Shown here: positions 23,958-36,722 of the stretch, piece by piece
How the letters are laid out: the number at the start of each line of letters is the position of its first letter
Numbering within the stretch: position 1 is the first letter of the stretch
DNA from: Leucoraja erinacea
Lineage: Eukaryota
Length of the DNA stretch: 64,000 bases
Assembly (NCBI RefSeq): GCF_028641065.1
Contig: NC_073396.1
Location: 16,306,001-16,370,000, forward strand
Direction of reading: 5' to 3'
Program-made: the position numbers and the translations under genes
The notes under the pieces: generated by a model
What the model was told of the DNA's origin: nothing
The model's input: the letters and a program-made list of their open reading frames with translations, nothing else
The model's database searches: none

Positions 23958-24582
23958 GTTTGAGACAACTAGTTGTATCCAATGTTAATTTCACCCCTCC
24001 CTTATTTTAAAAACTATTCCTTGGGTTCAGAGTGAATTGAACCTCTTGGCTATATGAAAAAGAAATACAACAACAACAACAACTCTATACTAAAATCATA
24101 TCAGCACATTTTATGAAGCTCAGTAGGATGAAACAGCCAGGAGAGGAAACTAACTTTGTGAGTTTACAGCATTGGCAAACTCAACATTGTGTGTGAAAAC
24201 ACCTTTATTGAATGGTCAATACATTTTTGTCTAAATAGTCATCCTAAAAGCTCAATTTATTTCAAATCAATGAGTAATCTTCCAAAGGAAGGCAATCCAC
24301 TACCTGAAATCCTAGCTTTAATTGAATCTTACATGGTTAAGCACCCTCACTGATAATCACACACTCTCCTGCATTGATTTTATCCTCTCCACCTTTAATT
24401 TCTGATGCTCTCTGTAAATTTGCAGTCTTGACATCAGAACAGATGCTGCTTAACACCCACTAGCCTACCAATTTTTTTCTGACTTATCTTTAGATTGCAT
24501 GAATTAAATCAAAACTCGTATCTAAAAACTTTTATCAGCTCATTGCTAGGCACTTAAATGAACCTTAGTACTGCAGTACTAA

Positions 24583-25357
24583 TGGGCCTGTCCCACTTAG
24601 GCGATATTTTCAGGCCACTGCCGGCGATTGCCAAGTTGCTGGCAGTCGACTGAAAAACCAGCAACTGGAACGGCGACTGTCAAGAGTCACATCGCTTCCT
24701 TCACCAGCCTGTTATGCAGGCGGAGGACAGGGCAAGCGGGGGGAACGCTGTCTGAGTGAAAAGCCAAAGTGATACAGACACGATGAACAGGAAGGTTGGT
24801 GCTGTAATTAAGACGGCTAAAGCACACAATACGATAAGCCCTTTAAAAGAGGGGGAGAGATGGGAAGGAGAGGGGGGTGAGAGGGTAAGTAGAGGGTGGG
24901 GAAGGGAGGAGAAGGAGTGGAGACAACTTTTAAGAAGCCAGAGATACACGGCTGTGAAGTTGGGCAGACATTTAACATTACTGGTTGGTTATCCTTGGTT
25001 CTGAAAAATATTGCTTACGTTTTTTTTCCCCAATGAGTCAATGAAATTCGTCGGTCAGCACCAGCTAGAATCTACGAGAACCTTCGACCTCCTGGCAACC
25101 CACTAGGACCAGCTGGCGACCCACCCACGGCACGAGGAATCTCGCTGCTCTTCATGGCGGCTTCATTCCAGTCGCCGTTAATTTTTTAAAACATGTTGAA
25201 AAATTTGCGGCGACCATAATGAGGCCGCAACTGGTTCCCAGAATGTGGGAACTCTTCACGACCATGAAGGCGACTCCCCGGCAACAATCCGCGAATATGT
25301 GGCGACTGCATAGTCTGCTGCAGTCGCCTAAAAAGTTGCCTAGGTGGGACAGGCCCA
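24583..25357. mobile_element. PIF/Harbinger-type MITE, copy 2
   Basis: TAA|TGGGCCTGTCCCACTT..GGTGGGACAGGCCCA|TGA; internal homology to copies 1 and 3. Confidence 0.88.
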
Positions 25358-26179
25358 TGAAGCTACTAGTATCAACAGGCAAGGCATTATAATGGATTTT
25401 GCTTGATACATTTTACTTCTTTGGTGCAACTTTTGGCTCTACAATAACTAGCACCTTAAATGTATGTTACGTGATACTTTAGAGGTAGTTGTTAAAATAC
25501 AAAGTCACCTTCACGAGCCACCACAAACTCTAGAAGCTAGTTAGATATCTCTCTCGTGGGTCACTGTCTTGGCTGTTTGCAATCTCAGCCAGGCTGGAGC
25601 TGATTCCACTCTCTTGAACACTGAGACCAGCTACTTTAATCTCTATAACATTGCACATACCTGGCCCTAACTCAAGCTTTCTACAATTGAAACGCTCTTT
25701 AGTATCTTTGCCACCTCTTGTTTCATTGTCATCCTACCCAACCATCCACATTTCTGAGTTTTAAACTCAGCCAAAACACAGAAAAACATAACGTATCTCA
25801 TTCATAACCCATTTCATTATTACTCTTGGTCCACAGTAGCTCTTGGTTACATTAGCTCTTGGTTACAAAATCCTTAAACTTACCAATTCCTTTCTTGCAG
25901 TTATAACTGTTCATCACCTCTCCCTGTTTCCATAACCCAAAGAACACAGAACAGTACAGCGCAGGAACAGACTCTTCGGATCACAATGTCTGTGCTGAAC
26001 TTGATGCCAAGATAAACTAATCTTTGCCAACACATGATCCATATCCCTCTAATCCCTACAAGTGCCTTTCTAAAAGCCTCTTAAATGCCATTATCGTATC
26101 TGCCACCACACCTGGCAGCATGTACCAGGCATCCACCACACTCTGTGTAAAAAACCTGTCCCACACATCTCCTTTAAAC

Positions 26180-27367
26180 CCGTGCAGAACGTTGATTTCA
26201 TTAACTTTACCACCAACTTCCATCTTACCGTCACATTTATTTTGACTATCTCTGACAGCTCTCTCCACTTTCTTGATCTCTCCTTCTCCATCACAGGGAC
26301 CGACTATTGACTAACATCTACTACAATCCACTGACTCCGATGGTTTATACTTCCTCCCGCCCTGCTCATGCAAAGACGCTATCCCCTACTCTGAATTTCT
26401 CCGTCTCTGATGCATTTGCTCCCAAGAGGACATTCTCCACCCTCCACCCCCACCACCAGACGGAACAATGATAGTTCCCCTGGCCCTTACCTTTCACCCC
26501 ACCAGCTGCTGCATCCAACACATCATTCTCTGACATTTCTGTCATCTTAAACATGATCCCACCACCAGTAACTTCCCATCTTCCCATCCCCATCCCTTTC
26601 TTCTTCCGCAGAGACCGTTCCATCCACAACTCCTTGGTTCTCTCATCCCTTCCTACCCAACTACCCCCTTACCAGGTACTTTTGCCTGCAACTGCAGGAG
26701 ATGTAACACCTGCCCTTAAACCTTCTCGTTCGCATCCATCAAAGGACCACAGCAGTCCTTCCAGGTGAGGCAAAGGTTCATGTGCACCTCCTCTTATCTC
26801 ATCTACTGCATTCAGTGTTCCCGATGTGGTGTGACCTCCTGTACGTTGGCAAGACCAAGCATAGACTGGGAAATTGTTTCGACAAATATTTATGCTCAGT
26901 CCGTCAAAGCCTGCTGGATCTCCCAGATGTTAACCCTTTTTACTCTCCTTCCCATTTTCATCCTGATCTTTCTGTTCTGGGCCTCCTCCACCGCCGGAGT
27001 GACCCACATACAAATTGGAGGAACAGGACCTCACATTCTGCCTGGGTAGCTCACAATATAGTGGTATTCACATTGATTTCTCCAGTTTAGGTAAGTAACC
27101 TATAAACAACTTTTCATCTTTGGTCTATAGCCAACCATCTACCTATCAAAAACAACCCTCACGTATCGCCAGAATTTGTCCTGCTCCTCCTCTCTTCCAG
27201 CTTTCTCGTGCCCCCCCTCCCCCCCTCCCACCCCCACCACAAGTCTGAAGAAGGGTCCCAACCCAAAACAACACCTATCCATGTTCTCCAGAGATGCTGC
27301 CTGACCTGCTGAGTTACTCCAGCACTTTGTGTCTTTTTTTTAAAACCAGTATCTGCAGGCCCTTGTG
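26180..27367 (+). mobile_element. Penelope-like element: RT C-terminus, GIY-YIG endonuclease remnant and 3' pLTR
   Basis: NFTTNFH..ISDSSLHFLDLS (RT thumb); FMCTSSYLIYCIQCSRCG and LYVGKTKHRLGNCF (GIY-YIG); 12-bp TSD TCTCCTTTAAAC at 26168-26179 and 27368-27379. Confidence 0.9.
27245..27272 (+). ncRNA. Decayed hammerhead-like core in the Penelope 3' repeat
   Basis: CTGAAGA-A-GGGT CCCA ACCC-AAAAC; GAAA has become AAAA, consistent with CpG decay. Confidence 0.4.
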
Positions 27368-27709
27368 TCTCCTTTAAACTTTGCCGCCCTTGCCTTAAAG
27401 CTATGCCCTCTAGGTTCTGGCATTTCCTGCCTTGGAGAAAGGTTCTAACTGCCTACCTTATCAATGCCGCTCAACATTTTATATGTTTCTATCAGATACC
27501 ACTAATTCTCTGTCATTCAGTTTGTCCAACCTCTCCTAGTAGCTAATGCCCTCTAATCCAGGCAGCATTCTGGATTCTCCGCCCTTCCTACAAGCAGAAG
27601 TGCACGCAGCAGCTGAATACGGCCTAACCATAGTCTTATAGATGCTGACATCATGACTTTTATACTTATTGCCCTGACCGATGAAGGCGAGAAGACCATA
27701 TGCCTTCTT

Positions 27710-27960
27710 TAGTTTAGTTCATTGATACAGCGTGAAAACCGGCCCTTCGGCCCACTGTGCCTGTGCCGTCTATTAAACACTCATTCACTCGTTCTATGTT
27801 ATCCCAGTTTCGCATCTTACACACGAGGGGCAATTTACAGAAGCCAATTAACCTACAAACCTGCGCATTTTTGGAATGTTGTAAGCACCCAGAGCAAACC
27901 CACGTGGTCACGGGGAGAATGTACAAACTCCGTACAGACAGCACCAATAATCAGGATCGT
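27710..27960 (-). mobile_element. HE1-like V-SINE nested in CR1
   Basis: TTTAGTTTAG tail, GGCCCTTCGGCCCAC, CCAATTAACCTACAAACC, GTCACGGGGAGAATGTACAAACTCCGTACAGACAGCAC. Confidence 0.85.
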
Positions 27961-28417
27961 ACCCAACTCTACACCTGTGCCACGCATGTTACTCAAGGCG
28001 TTTATGTTAGTCAGGAAGGTTTACCATTTTAACCACACTATCTCTATGTGTTGTCACTTTCAGGTAGCTATGGATCTGGACATCAAGATATTCTTCACAT
28101 CAATGCTGTTAAGGCACTTTCATCACCCAAATACTTTCAACCTAACATTTGACTTTCCAAAGCACATCACCTCATACTTGCTCAAATTAAATTCCATCTG
28201 CCAATTTTCCACCTATTTCTGAGGCTGATCTATGTTCTGCTGTATACTTTTGACAGTCATCCAACCGTCCACAACTTCAGCAATCTTGGTGTTATTTGCA
28301 AACTTACCAGCCAATCGACATTCATATCTAAAATATAGACACAAAAAGCTGGAATAACTCAGCAGGTTGGACAGCAACTCTGGAGAAATCTCTGACCCAC
28401 TCAGTTATTTCTGACTC

Positions 28418-28622
28418 CATAGCTTTAAGATGAGAGGGGCAAAGTTTAAAAGAGATGTGCTCACACAGTTGTTGCATACACGTTAATGGCATCCAGAAGA
28501 CTTTTGGATAGGCATATGGATATAGAGGGAATGGAAGAATATGGGTCATGTGCAGGTAGATAAGTGATGGTCTTGGCATCATGTTCGGCACAGACATTGT
28601 GTGCCAAGGGGCTTGTTCTTCT
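28418..28622 (+). mobile_element. CR1 3' end fragment
   Basis: CATAGCTTTAAGATGAGAGGGGCAAAGTTTAAA..GGATAGGCATATGGAT..TGTTCTATGTTC. Confidence 0.75.
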
Positions 28623-28624
28623 GC

Positions 28625-29090
28625 CGGACTGTTCTATGTTCATACGACCAATTTACTGTTAATCCCATGCTCTTAATCCTCTGGATCAGCCTAACATTGG
28701 GTACTTTATCAACCCATTCTCTTCCTATCCTCTCCAACACATTCCCCACCACTGACGTGAGACTCACCAGACTATAATTCCCTGGCTTATCTCCGCTTCC
28801 ATTCTTAAACAAAGGAACAACATTGGATTCTTTGCCATCTTCAGGGATCTCACATCTGGCTAGAGAAGTTGCAAATATCTTCGTCAAGGCTTTTGCAATA
28901 TCCTCTCTTGTTTCTCTCAATAATTTGGGATAGACCCCACCAGGCCCTGGGGATTTATACACTTGAATATTCAAGAGCCCTGCTCAACTCCACTTCCACC
29001 TTGATCTCAAACTGTTTTTGCATTTTATTATTCTTATATTGATCTCACTATCCTCTGTGAACTTCTCCTTTGTGAATGCAGTTGCAAAGT
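28625..29090 (-). mobile_element. CR1 RT N-terminal fragment
   Basis: KSPGPGGVYPKLLRETREDIAKAL..NVVPLFKNGSGDKPGNYSLVSLTSVVG. Confidence 0.85.
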
Positions 29091-30399
29091 ATCAATGTTA
29101 TCTCAAAATGTCCACTATTGGGATATTAAACTATTCTAAATCCCTCTAACCCAAAGGCAATATCTACACCCAATCAAAATTTTGTACTGTAAGACATTTT
29201 GCCTGCACATTTTGTTGGCCTTCATATTCCTCTTTAAAATTCTTGCTTTCAACATAACCTGTGGTCATGTTGCAGTTTCTCTGCTTGGATCAACATGCAC
29301 ATTCTTCTGGATTATATGTCCAGGAAGATCTTACAAATGTTATCCTGTAATATGACAATGCTGAGTCAAAGTGAGTTCTTATTTTTATTTGGATATGCTT
29401 TATATTTCAAAAGGTATAATTCGTTGTTTCCACTCTCCCACCTTTACTGAAGGTATTGACATTTTCTGGGGAGTAGTTCTGCTGTACTCTGGATGTGGCA
29501 CTTAACCACTCATTCTATGGCAGCCAAAAGCTGAGTGTTGACAATTACTTCAAGAATGAAGTGAGCACAATGTTATCTTCAGCTTGACTTTCATTGGTGC
29601 CCAAGTTAATGAAGCTTTCTATTAAAGGCATGACATGTAATCCAGATGATACTGTACCAAGGCAGATCATTTAGCCTTTTGTCCCTTGGTGAGAATCTGG
29701 ACTCCCATTCACTTCTTGCACACATAGCTCACAAAGAGTGCAGGAAGTTCCTCACATTAAATTAGATAATGTAATAAATCCCAACTGTACTGGTGCATTA
29801 TGTGACCAAAATATTGCCCTGCCTTCCCAGAAAAGAGGCTGCTTTATGTCCTAAGTATAATCCACAAGATAACTATGGAGGGAAACATTGTCTGTGATTC
29901 ATTCCTGGGCACTTTGTAACAGGAGACACAGGAAGAGAGCAGACTGCTCTTTTCCACAAAGTGCTTGAAAGTTCAGCAGTTAAAAGGTTAAACCAATTTA
30001 AATCAACTTGTAGGAAAAGACTCCCATGTTTGTTAAATTTGAAAGAAAACAAAAGTAGCTGCAAAAAATGTTGACAGGTAGTGAAGCAATCCTTTGAAAA
30101 CTATTCATTAGCTCAAACCCCCATTTTAATCCGTCCATTGTACATATTTCAAAGCCCTTACTGCAACACTAATTGCTGCTTTCCTGGATGTTAAATTGGG
30201 TCGTGTTTTGTTTATCTGAGCAAATTTTTGACAACAATTTCATTAAAATCTTGGTTCAACTGTGACTAATTTAAAAACATTTTTCATATAGATTTCCATT
30301 GCATCAGGTATACAAGGTTTCATGGACAGCCTGAGACAGAACTGACTGACGTATTTGAGTAAAACATGCAGCTTTTCTCATGCTGGTGAGGGATTATAT

Positions 30400-30990
30400 G
30401 TAAAGAACAAGCAGTGGGGAAGGTCCAATCAGGAGAGGATAGCAAAACATCTGAAGAGAAACGTGACATTCTAACAGCAGCCATGAAAGACAGTTAATGG
30501 GAAATAAGCAGAACGATCTTGGAAAGCACAGGAAAAAAGGAGGACATTTAGGGAGCATCAAGAAATACAAAATATAATTAGGCTGTCATAATGGAATTTT
30601 GTTCACATATCTATGAACTGGTGTGGTGGTGCAGAAGTAATTGCTTTGCACTCAATTCATCCATGTACAAAGCGAGGGACCTGGCAACCAACACTGGGCA
30701 GATCCAGCTCAGAGTACACAGATTTGCATTTCTGCTCAGTTCCCAACTGTCTCTGCTTGTCCTACAAACCTGTCAACTCAGATGGTATTATTCTTGCTCT
30801 CGATCTTGACTACACCACATCATCATGCACATCCCTGCCAATGGGCAGAAATCTTGCCCTGTCAGGACTGTGTGGTAGCTGACGTGCAACGGTCACCCCA
30901 TGTTAACAGGAATCACGCTCAAGGCAACTTCCACCCTTCACTGTGGTGGAAACAAATCAACCCCGACTCTGCGACTGCCTAAGAAGACAA
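30400..30990 (+). mobile_element. Old RTE-clade LINE 3' end
   Basis: Ends GGAAACAAATCAACCCCGACTCTGCGACTGCCTAAGAAGA, the RTE-type ..GACTGCCTAAGAAG tail as I recall it; 5' boundary uncertain. Confidence 0.5.
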
Positions 30991-31756
30991 AGAAATCCCC
31001 CAGTGATTCATATCAGACATACTTCATTGGTTACAAAGCTCTTGGAAGATTTGAGATTTTGAAGGACGCAACATAAATATTAGTTTAACTTTTACTGTCC
31101 TACTCATTCAAGAGCGATTACTCCACTTTGCAGCAATTGAGACCGACTGTCCTGATAGAAATCAGTTAATGAAGGAGAGGCAGGAAATTGAGCAGGCCCT
31201 TTATGACCTCCACATCAAGTTACCACATCAGAAGAAAGATATGGCCACCAAGAATACATATACTTCTATCAATAGTGTTCGTTAAATATTTAGAGGGCCT
31301 TCAAGGGACATTTTTGCCCTGGTGTTCCACAGAACATAATTAATTTGTGGTTATATATTTTAAATAAATGCCATCATTGCAACCTCAATGAAGAATCATC
31401 TCAAAATTAAAAATCACTCTACTGAATATTCATACTTCATAACTGCATCAGCCATAATTACCCAAAGGAAAATCACTTACTCTGACAGTGATTAGAAAGA
31501 TTGATAAATATATAGGAACGTGAGCTCAGAATTCGTGAGGCCATAACATTAATATTATGATTGGATCTGAAGTAGCGAAACAAACATTATGTGTCTAGAG
31601 ATTGGATCGGACATAAAATTAAAACGTGACCGGCTTATGTCAATCTGAACGTGATCTGAAACCCGTGGACACAATGTTTTTAAGTACTCAAGCCCATTGC
31701 GTCCCATATGCTCCATGCAGAGAGATAAGCTCTTTATGGAAGGGAGACACAAACTA

Positions 31757-31915
31757 ATGAATGAATGAATAAATAATAAGTTTATTGGCCAAGAATTCAC
31801 ATACAAGGAATTTGCCTTGGAGCTCCGCCCACGTGACAACATGACATACAGTAACAGTTAGGAATGACACATAAAACATTAAACATTAATAACAAAACAT
31901 TATCGATTAAACATT
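31757..31915 (-). mobile_element. Rex1/Babar 3' UTR fragment
   Basis: (GAAT)n AAATAATAAGTTTATTGGCCAAG..ACAAGGAATTTGCCTTGG is the reverse of the tail at 17990-18056. Confidence 0.8.
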
Positions 31916-31921
31916 AAAAAA

Positions 31922-32190
31922 AGACCACAGATGTTGGAGTCTGGAGTAAAAAAAACTGCTGGAAGAACTTGTGTAAGATGGAAATGCAGATGTTGGTTTA
32001 AACCGACTATTTTCTAATATTGCGTCTATCAAACTCAGCGGGACAGGCAGCATTCTCCCCAGAGATGTTGCCTGTCCCACTGAGAGACTCCAGCTTTTTG
32101 TGTCTATCTGCTGGAAGAACTCAGCAAGCTGGGCAGCATCTGTGGAGGAAAATGAACAATTTGGGTTGAGACGGTTCCTCTGGACTGAAG
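31922..32190 (-). mobile_element. Penelope pLTR copy with a second, hairpin pLTR copy inserted (31970-32107)
   Basis: CTGCTGGAAGAACT duplicated at 31956-31969 and 32108-32121; insert has inverted arms GGGACAGGCAGCAT / ATGTTGCCTGTCCC. Confidence 0.75.
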
Positions 32191-32571
32191 GGAAGGGAAA
32201 TTAGCGAAGGATTAGAGCATTTATTTATGAGGAGTTTGTCTGGTCTGATCTGTCCAAAGTGCAAGGACTTACATATTTTCTACTGCGAGTCTTCCCCAGA
32301 TTACGAACATCGAACTAATGTATGGCCTGCACAAGACCTGCAGTCATGTGCAGGGATGGATCTGCGGCCTGCTGCAGGGCTGCAGTCATCTTCTGCTATG
32401 TAGGAACTCAGTTCACGGCCGTATTTGCGAACTGTCTGGGTTACAAGCAGTTCTCAGGAATGGAACCCTAGTATAATCTTGTACCTAATCATAACTGACA
32501 CACATGCAATGGGTCTCATCAGGTTTGGGTAGGGTACCTGGACTCTGCTGAAATATACAGTTTAAGCAAAA

Positions 32572-32767
32572 AAAAACAGAATGTTAGAGGAATTCAGTGG
32601 GTAAGACAGTATTGATGGTATGGCCGGGACAGGTTTTTGTATCGGGTCCCTTCTTCAGACCAAACGTTGGCCATCCATTCCCTCTACAGATGCTGCCTGA
32701 CCCGCAGAAATCCTCCAACACTCTGTTTTGCTCAAGACTCTAGCATCTGCAGTTTCTTGTGTCTCCT
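32572..32767. mobile_element. Inverted pair of Penelope pLTR copies
   Basis: Minus copy ending GGTCCCTTCTTCAGAC abuts a plus copy starting AAACGTTGGCCATCC..GATGCTGCCTGACCCGC. Confidence 0.7.
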
Positions 32768-33007
32768 CCACACAGCTTAATCTGTTTTCAAAACGTTCGA
32801 AATTTGCACGCAATTGGAGATGTTCAATTTTATGAGATGTTCTGAACTACGATTTGGAAAACCTTATATTGTGTGCTTAGGAAAATATAACTGAACAACA
32901 TGACACTGAGATATATCAGTGTCACTTGCAAACAATGACCACAAGATGATGAAAATGACACAGAGTAGTCAAACTCTGGCTTGTTAAACTTGAGTGAATA
33001 ATGACAT

Positions 33008-33415
33008 CGGAGTCGCTGCCTCAAAAAGACAGCCAGCATCATCAGAGGCCCACACCATCCTGGACACACACTAATTTCACCCCTGCCATCAGGAAGAATG
33101 TACAGGAGCCTGAAAACTGTAACGTCCAGTTTCAGGAACAGCTTTTTCCCCACAGCCATCAGGCTATTAAACACTACTACCTCAAATAAGCTCTGAACTA
33201 CAATAGATTATTATTATTACTGTTACTATTATCGCACTACTATTGTTTGTTCTTTGAGTATGTATGTATATGTGTGCGTGTGCGTGTCTATACTTTTTTT
33301 TCTCTCTCGTTTATCATATTGTTTACAGTGTACTATGTTTACAAATTCTGTTGTGCAGCAGCAAGTAAGAAATTAATTGTTCTATCTGGGACATATGACA
33401 ATAAAACACTCTTGA
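33008..33415 (+). mobile_element. Rex1/Babar 3' end
   Basis: SRCLKKTASII..PHHPGHTLISPLPSGR..FRNSFFPTAIRLLN; ends ATGACAATAAAACACTCTTGA. Confidence 0.9.
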
Positions 33416-36400
33416 TATTTGTGTTTTTCTGTCCTCTCTGCTCTTTCAATCTTTCCGTGGTGCTGGTCACCCAATTTAGAGATATGAACGTTGGGGAAAC
33501 CATCAATGGAATGCTATGTTCAAGGCCTGAGCAGACAATAACTTAATAGTCTCTGATGTAAAACATTAACTGTTTCTCACTCCACAGATGATGCCTGATC
33601 AAATGACTACCACCAGCATTTGCTGTTTATATTTTAGATTTCCACCATCTGCAGTGTTTTGCTTTTCAATGACATGCTTATCACTGGACTCAATCTTCAT
33701 TTACTGAACTTTTCATATTTTCTTCTTTTTTACAGTCTTGCCCTGCACGCAGAGTAACTGGAGGCAAAAACTCAAACCAGACTATTTCCAACAAGAGAAT
33801 GGAAATATAAAAATTACGGTGAAGAGTTCTGCGCCAGAGGAAACTGATTCTAAAAATACATGCTCTACCCCTCCCTCTTTCTCTTGGGTATACCAGGTCC
33901 AGCTTGAGCCCTCGCCGTTAACAGGTTTGGGCAGATTAAAGAGCACTCAAACATAGAGAGTCAGGAAACAGTAAAGAACTGTTAGCCTGGCCATTTATAT
34001 GAGTGTCTCCTTTGGGCACCATTAACTGCAACAAATAAAGAGAAAGCCCAGAGCCACCTGCATGTATCTACATTTTAACCTGAAACTAGAGGAGCCAAGC
34101 GAGGATCAACGTGCTGCTGTGAAAACAAACATAAATCAGGCCCTGCAGCTTCAGTGTGCTGAGCATCTTCTTGTATAACTGAAGCTTGGAAATGAGTACA
34201 TGAGTATTCAGCACTAAGCCTCCTTGCTTGTTCATTTCAGGCTTGGAAGCTTCATACAGCAAATTCACTGATCCCCATTGGCATGCACCCACTATCTCTG
34301 AATGTCCACGGGAACAAACCTCCAGGTAAAAAAGTCTAGGATAGTCCCTCAAGCGCCAACGTAGATTTGATGAGCTTAAAATAAAATTAGAGCTATGCAC
34401 CTTTTGTTTAATTTGACAAGAAGAACAGCCACAAATTTGATAAGATCAATCAATTATTGTAACATGACTCTTAGATTAAAATGTTCAATTTATGGCACAG
34501 GAATATTACAATATTGTAGAATGTCACGAATGCTGTAATTTTCCATAAATGTAATTACATGCCTGCATTGGAAAGGCTTTGTTTTTGTTTAAAAAACACT
34601 TCTTTGTGCAGACTTTTTGATACAATGTGTTGAGAAATTGACTGTTATTAATTTATCACACTGATGAAAGGCAGAAAAGCTTATAGTGAGTATCTTCATT
34701 TCCTTTTACATTACGAATCGCTCAGACTTGGTAATGAATAGACTATCGACTCAAAGGTTTTTATTCATCCCCCAGTGATCAAAGTCAGGTTTGGCATTTA
34801 TAGCATCAATTACGTAGCAATTTCTCATGCATTTTGTTAAAAAAAATGGACTATTACTTGAGAATTCCCAGGCTCTGCGAAGTTAGTTCTACACCTGGCT
34901 GGCAATTCCAAGTTTCCTAGCAAAATGGAACGGTGAAATTATCAGCAGCAAATTTTAATGCAAACCATGTGTCTTTCTAACAAATTGCACCAGCTCCTAT
35001 CAGAGATACCTTGCTACATCTCATTTGGTTTCCGTGAAGTGAAACAAAATACGAGTCAGCCGGGTCCTTGGGACTTTTAATTTATTTTTATTAATACTGA
35101 CTAAAGGATTACTTCAGGGCCCAAGATTAGTCACAGGCTCTTCAGTAAATTGTGTCAGAACTTCATCCTCTCAATTAGCTCGGCCCTGTACAGACAGCAG
35201 TACAGCAATACTGAACTATGGTCCATCTTTTAGAATGTAAGAAAACATGGTGGCTAATGTGCATAGTAAAAAAAATGTGAAAATGGCCTGATAACCGGGA
35301 GTGGTTTAGATGTGAAGAGATATCATAGGATTATTTGAACAGTTAGCAATGAACCACATTAAAAACAAGGCTTAGGAAGGATGATATGGCCTTGGTTTCA
35401 TCTCTCACTTGAAAGGTAGCATGTCGAGCGTGTTTCTCGGAAATCATAATAGTAGGAGTGGGGCAACTGAGAGAAAGAGCTGCATTGAATAAAATATATT
35501 CTACTTAAATAGTTGGGGTTCTGGGACGAAGAGAGTGTGGTCCATTGTCATTAGACTTCAGGATGAAAAAGAACAAAAATCTCAAAGCAGTGATGATAAT
35601 AGTGTCAACAAAATTAAAACAGATAGGGAGAGTTTTTAAGGGGAGAACTCAAATGCAGCAGATGAAAAATGTCTTGGGTGTTTAACAGTAAACTGGTGTT
35701 TCTCTCTTGTTTAGATGGGGTAGATAGGTGGGAAAGAGAAACAGGAAACACCAGAGGGTTAAGAATTATACAGAGGACAAAAAACATTGACATAAAGGAG
35801 GAAACTAACCATTCTGGGAACAACTTCAAAACTAAAAGAGGGATGGAGGGATGGGAGTTTCACTTCACTTGAGGTCAAGAATATCATGGAAAAAGAAGTA
35901 GAAAGAGTGAAGTTATTAAAGCTGAGATGTGATACCCAACGGAGAGAATGAAGAAAATAAGTCTTTGAAGAATGAGTTGATGTCCTTGGATTCTTTCAGT
36001 CCTAAATGGGCATTTATTAGACTGCCAATCAGATCCAATACCGGACTTGACCTCATGAATATCATGTGAAGGGAACAAGCAGATTGAGTTTCTGTGGGGC
36101 TGTTGTCTCTAAAAATGTAATAATGTGGAGCTGCCATGTTTACTGTCCCTCCAGAGGTTTTATTTTGTCCACAACCTACTTGCCACATCACAATTAATCC
36201 TGATATTTTCATAATAGCTCAGTTCCTGAGCATCTGGAGTGTAAGGGGAATTATGGTGGAACCTTCCCCAAATCTCTGTGCTGTCTTCTCAAGTTTTCTC
36301 AGCTGTCTTTATTTACTGGGCAGATTTGTGGGAATGAGTGTATTAGCATCACAGCTATGCAGTAGATATGTAGAGGTTTACACCAAAATAAAGTATTTAA

Positions 36401-36584
36401 AAAAGATAGCGGGAGTGACCTTTTGTGCTTTCCTTTTTCATCTTACTTAAGTGATCTAGAAGCCATTCCATTCATTTTTATTCTTAAAAAGGCACGTAAC
36501 ATTTCTTTTAAGAGGAATGTTGCTTGCATGGATCTGCAGGGTTAGGGTTACAAACTGCTGGAATTAAAAAAACCCAGCAAGAAT

Positions 36585-36722
36585 GAAAAAAACAGCATTC
36601 TAAATTGCCCTTAGTATGCAAGGAGTGGTCGTGAAAGTGGGACAACATAGAACTAGTGTGAACAGCAGAGTCTCGGTGGCTGAAATGCCCGTTTCCATGA
36701 CGCATCTCTAAACTAAACTAAA
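36585..36722 (+). mobile_element. V-SINE 3' fragment
   Basis: TAAATTGCCCTTAGT..GGTGGCTGAAATGCCCGTTTCC..ATCTCT(AAACT)n. Confidence 0.65.

Larger units (their letters stand above)
25940..28325 (-). mobile_element. Old CR1 LINE carrying nested Penelope and SINE insertions
   Basis: FKGDVWDRFFTQSVVDAWYMLP at 26056-26180; sequence resumes after 27380 and after ~28020. Confidence 0.8.

Noticed and set aside
34241-34325. Candidate exon (TTTCAG|..CAG|GTAAAA); also the acceptor-like site at ~33735 and a minus-strand segment at ~53065-53149
   Set aside because: Splice-like signals are present, but no reading frame resembles a protein I recognise and no consistent exon chain emerges
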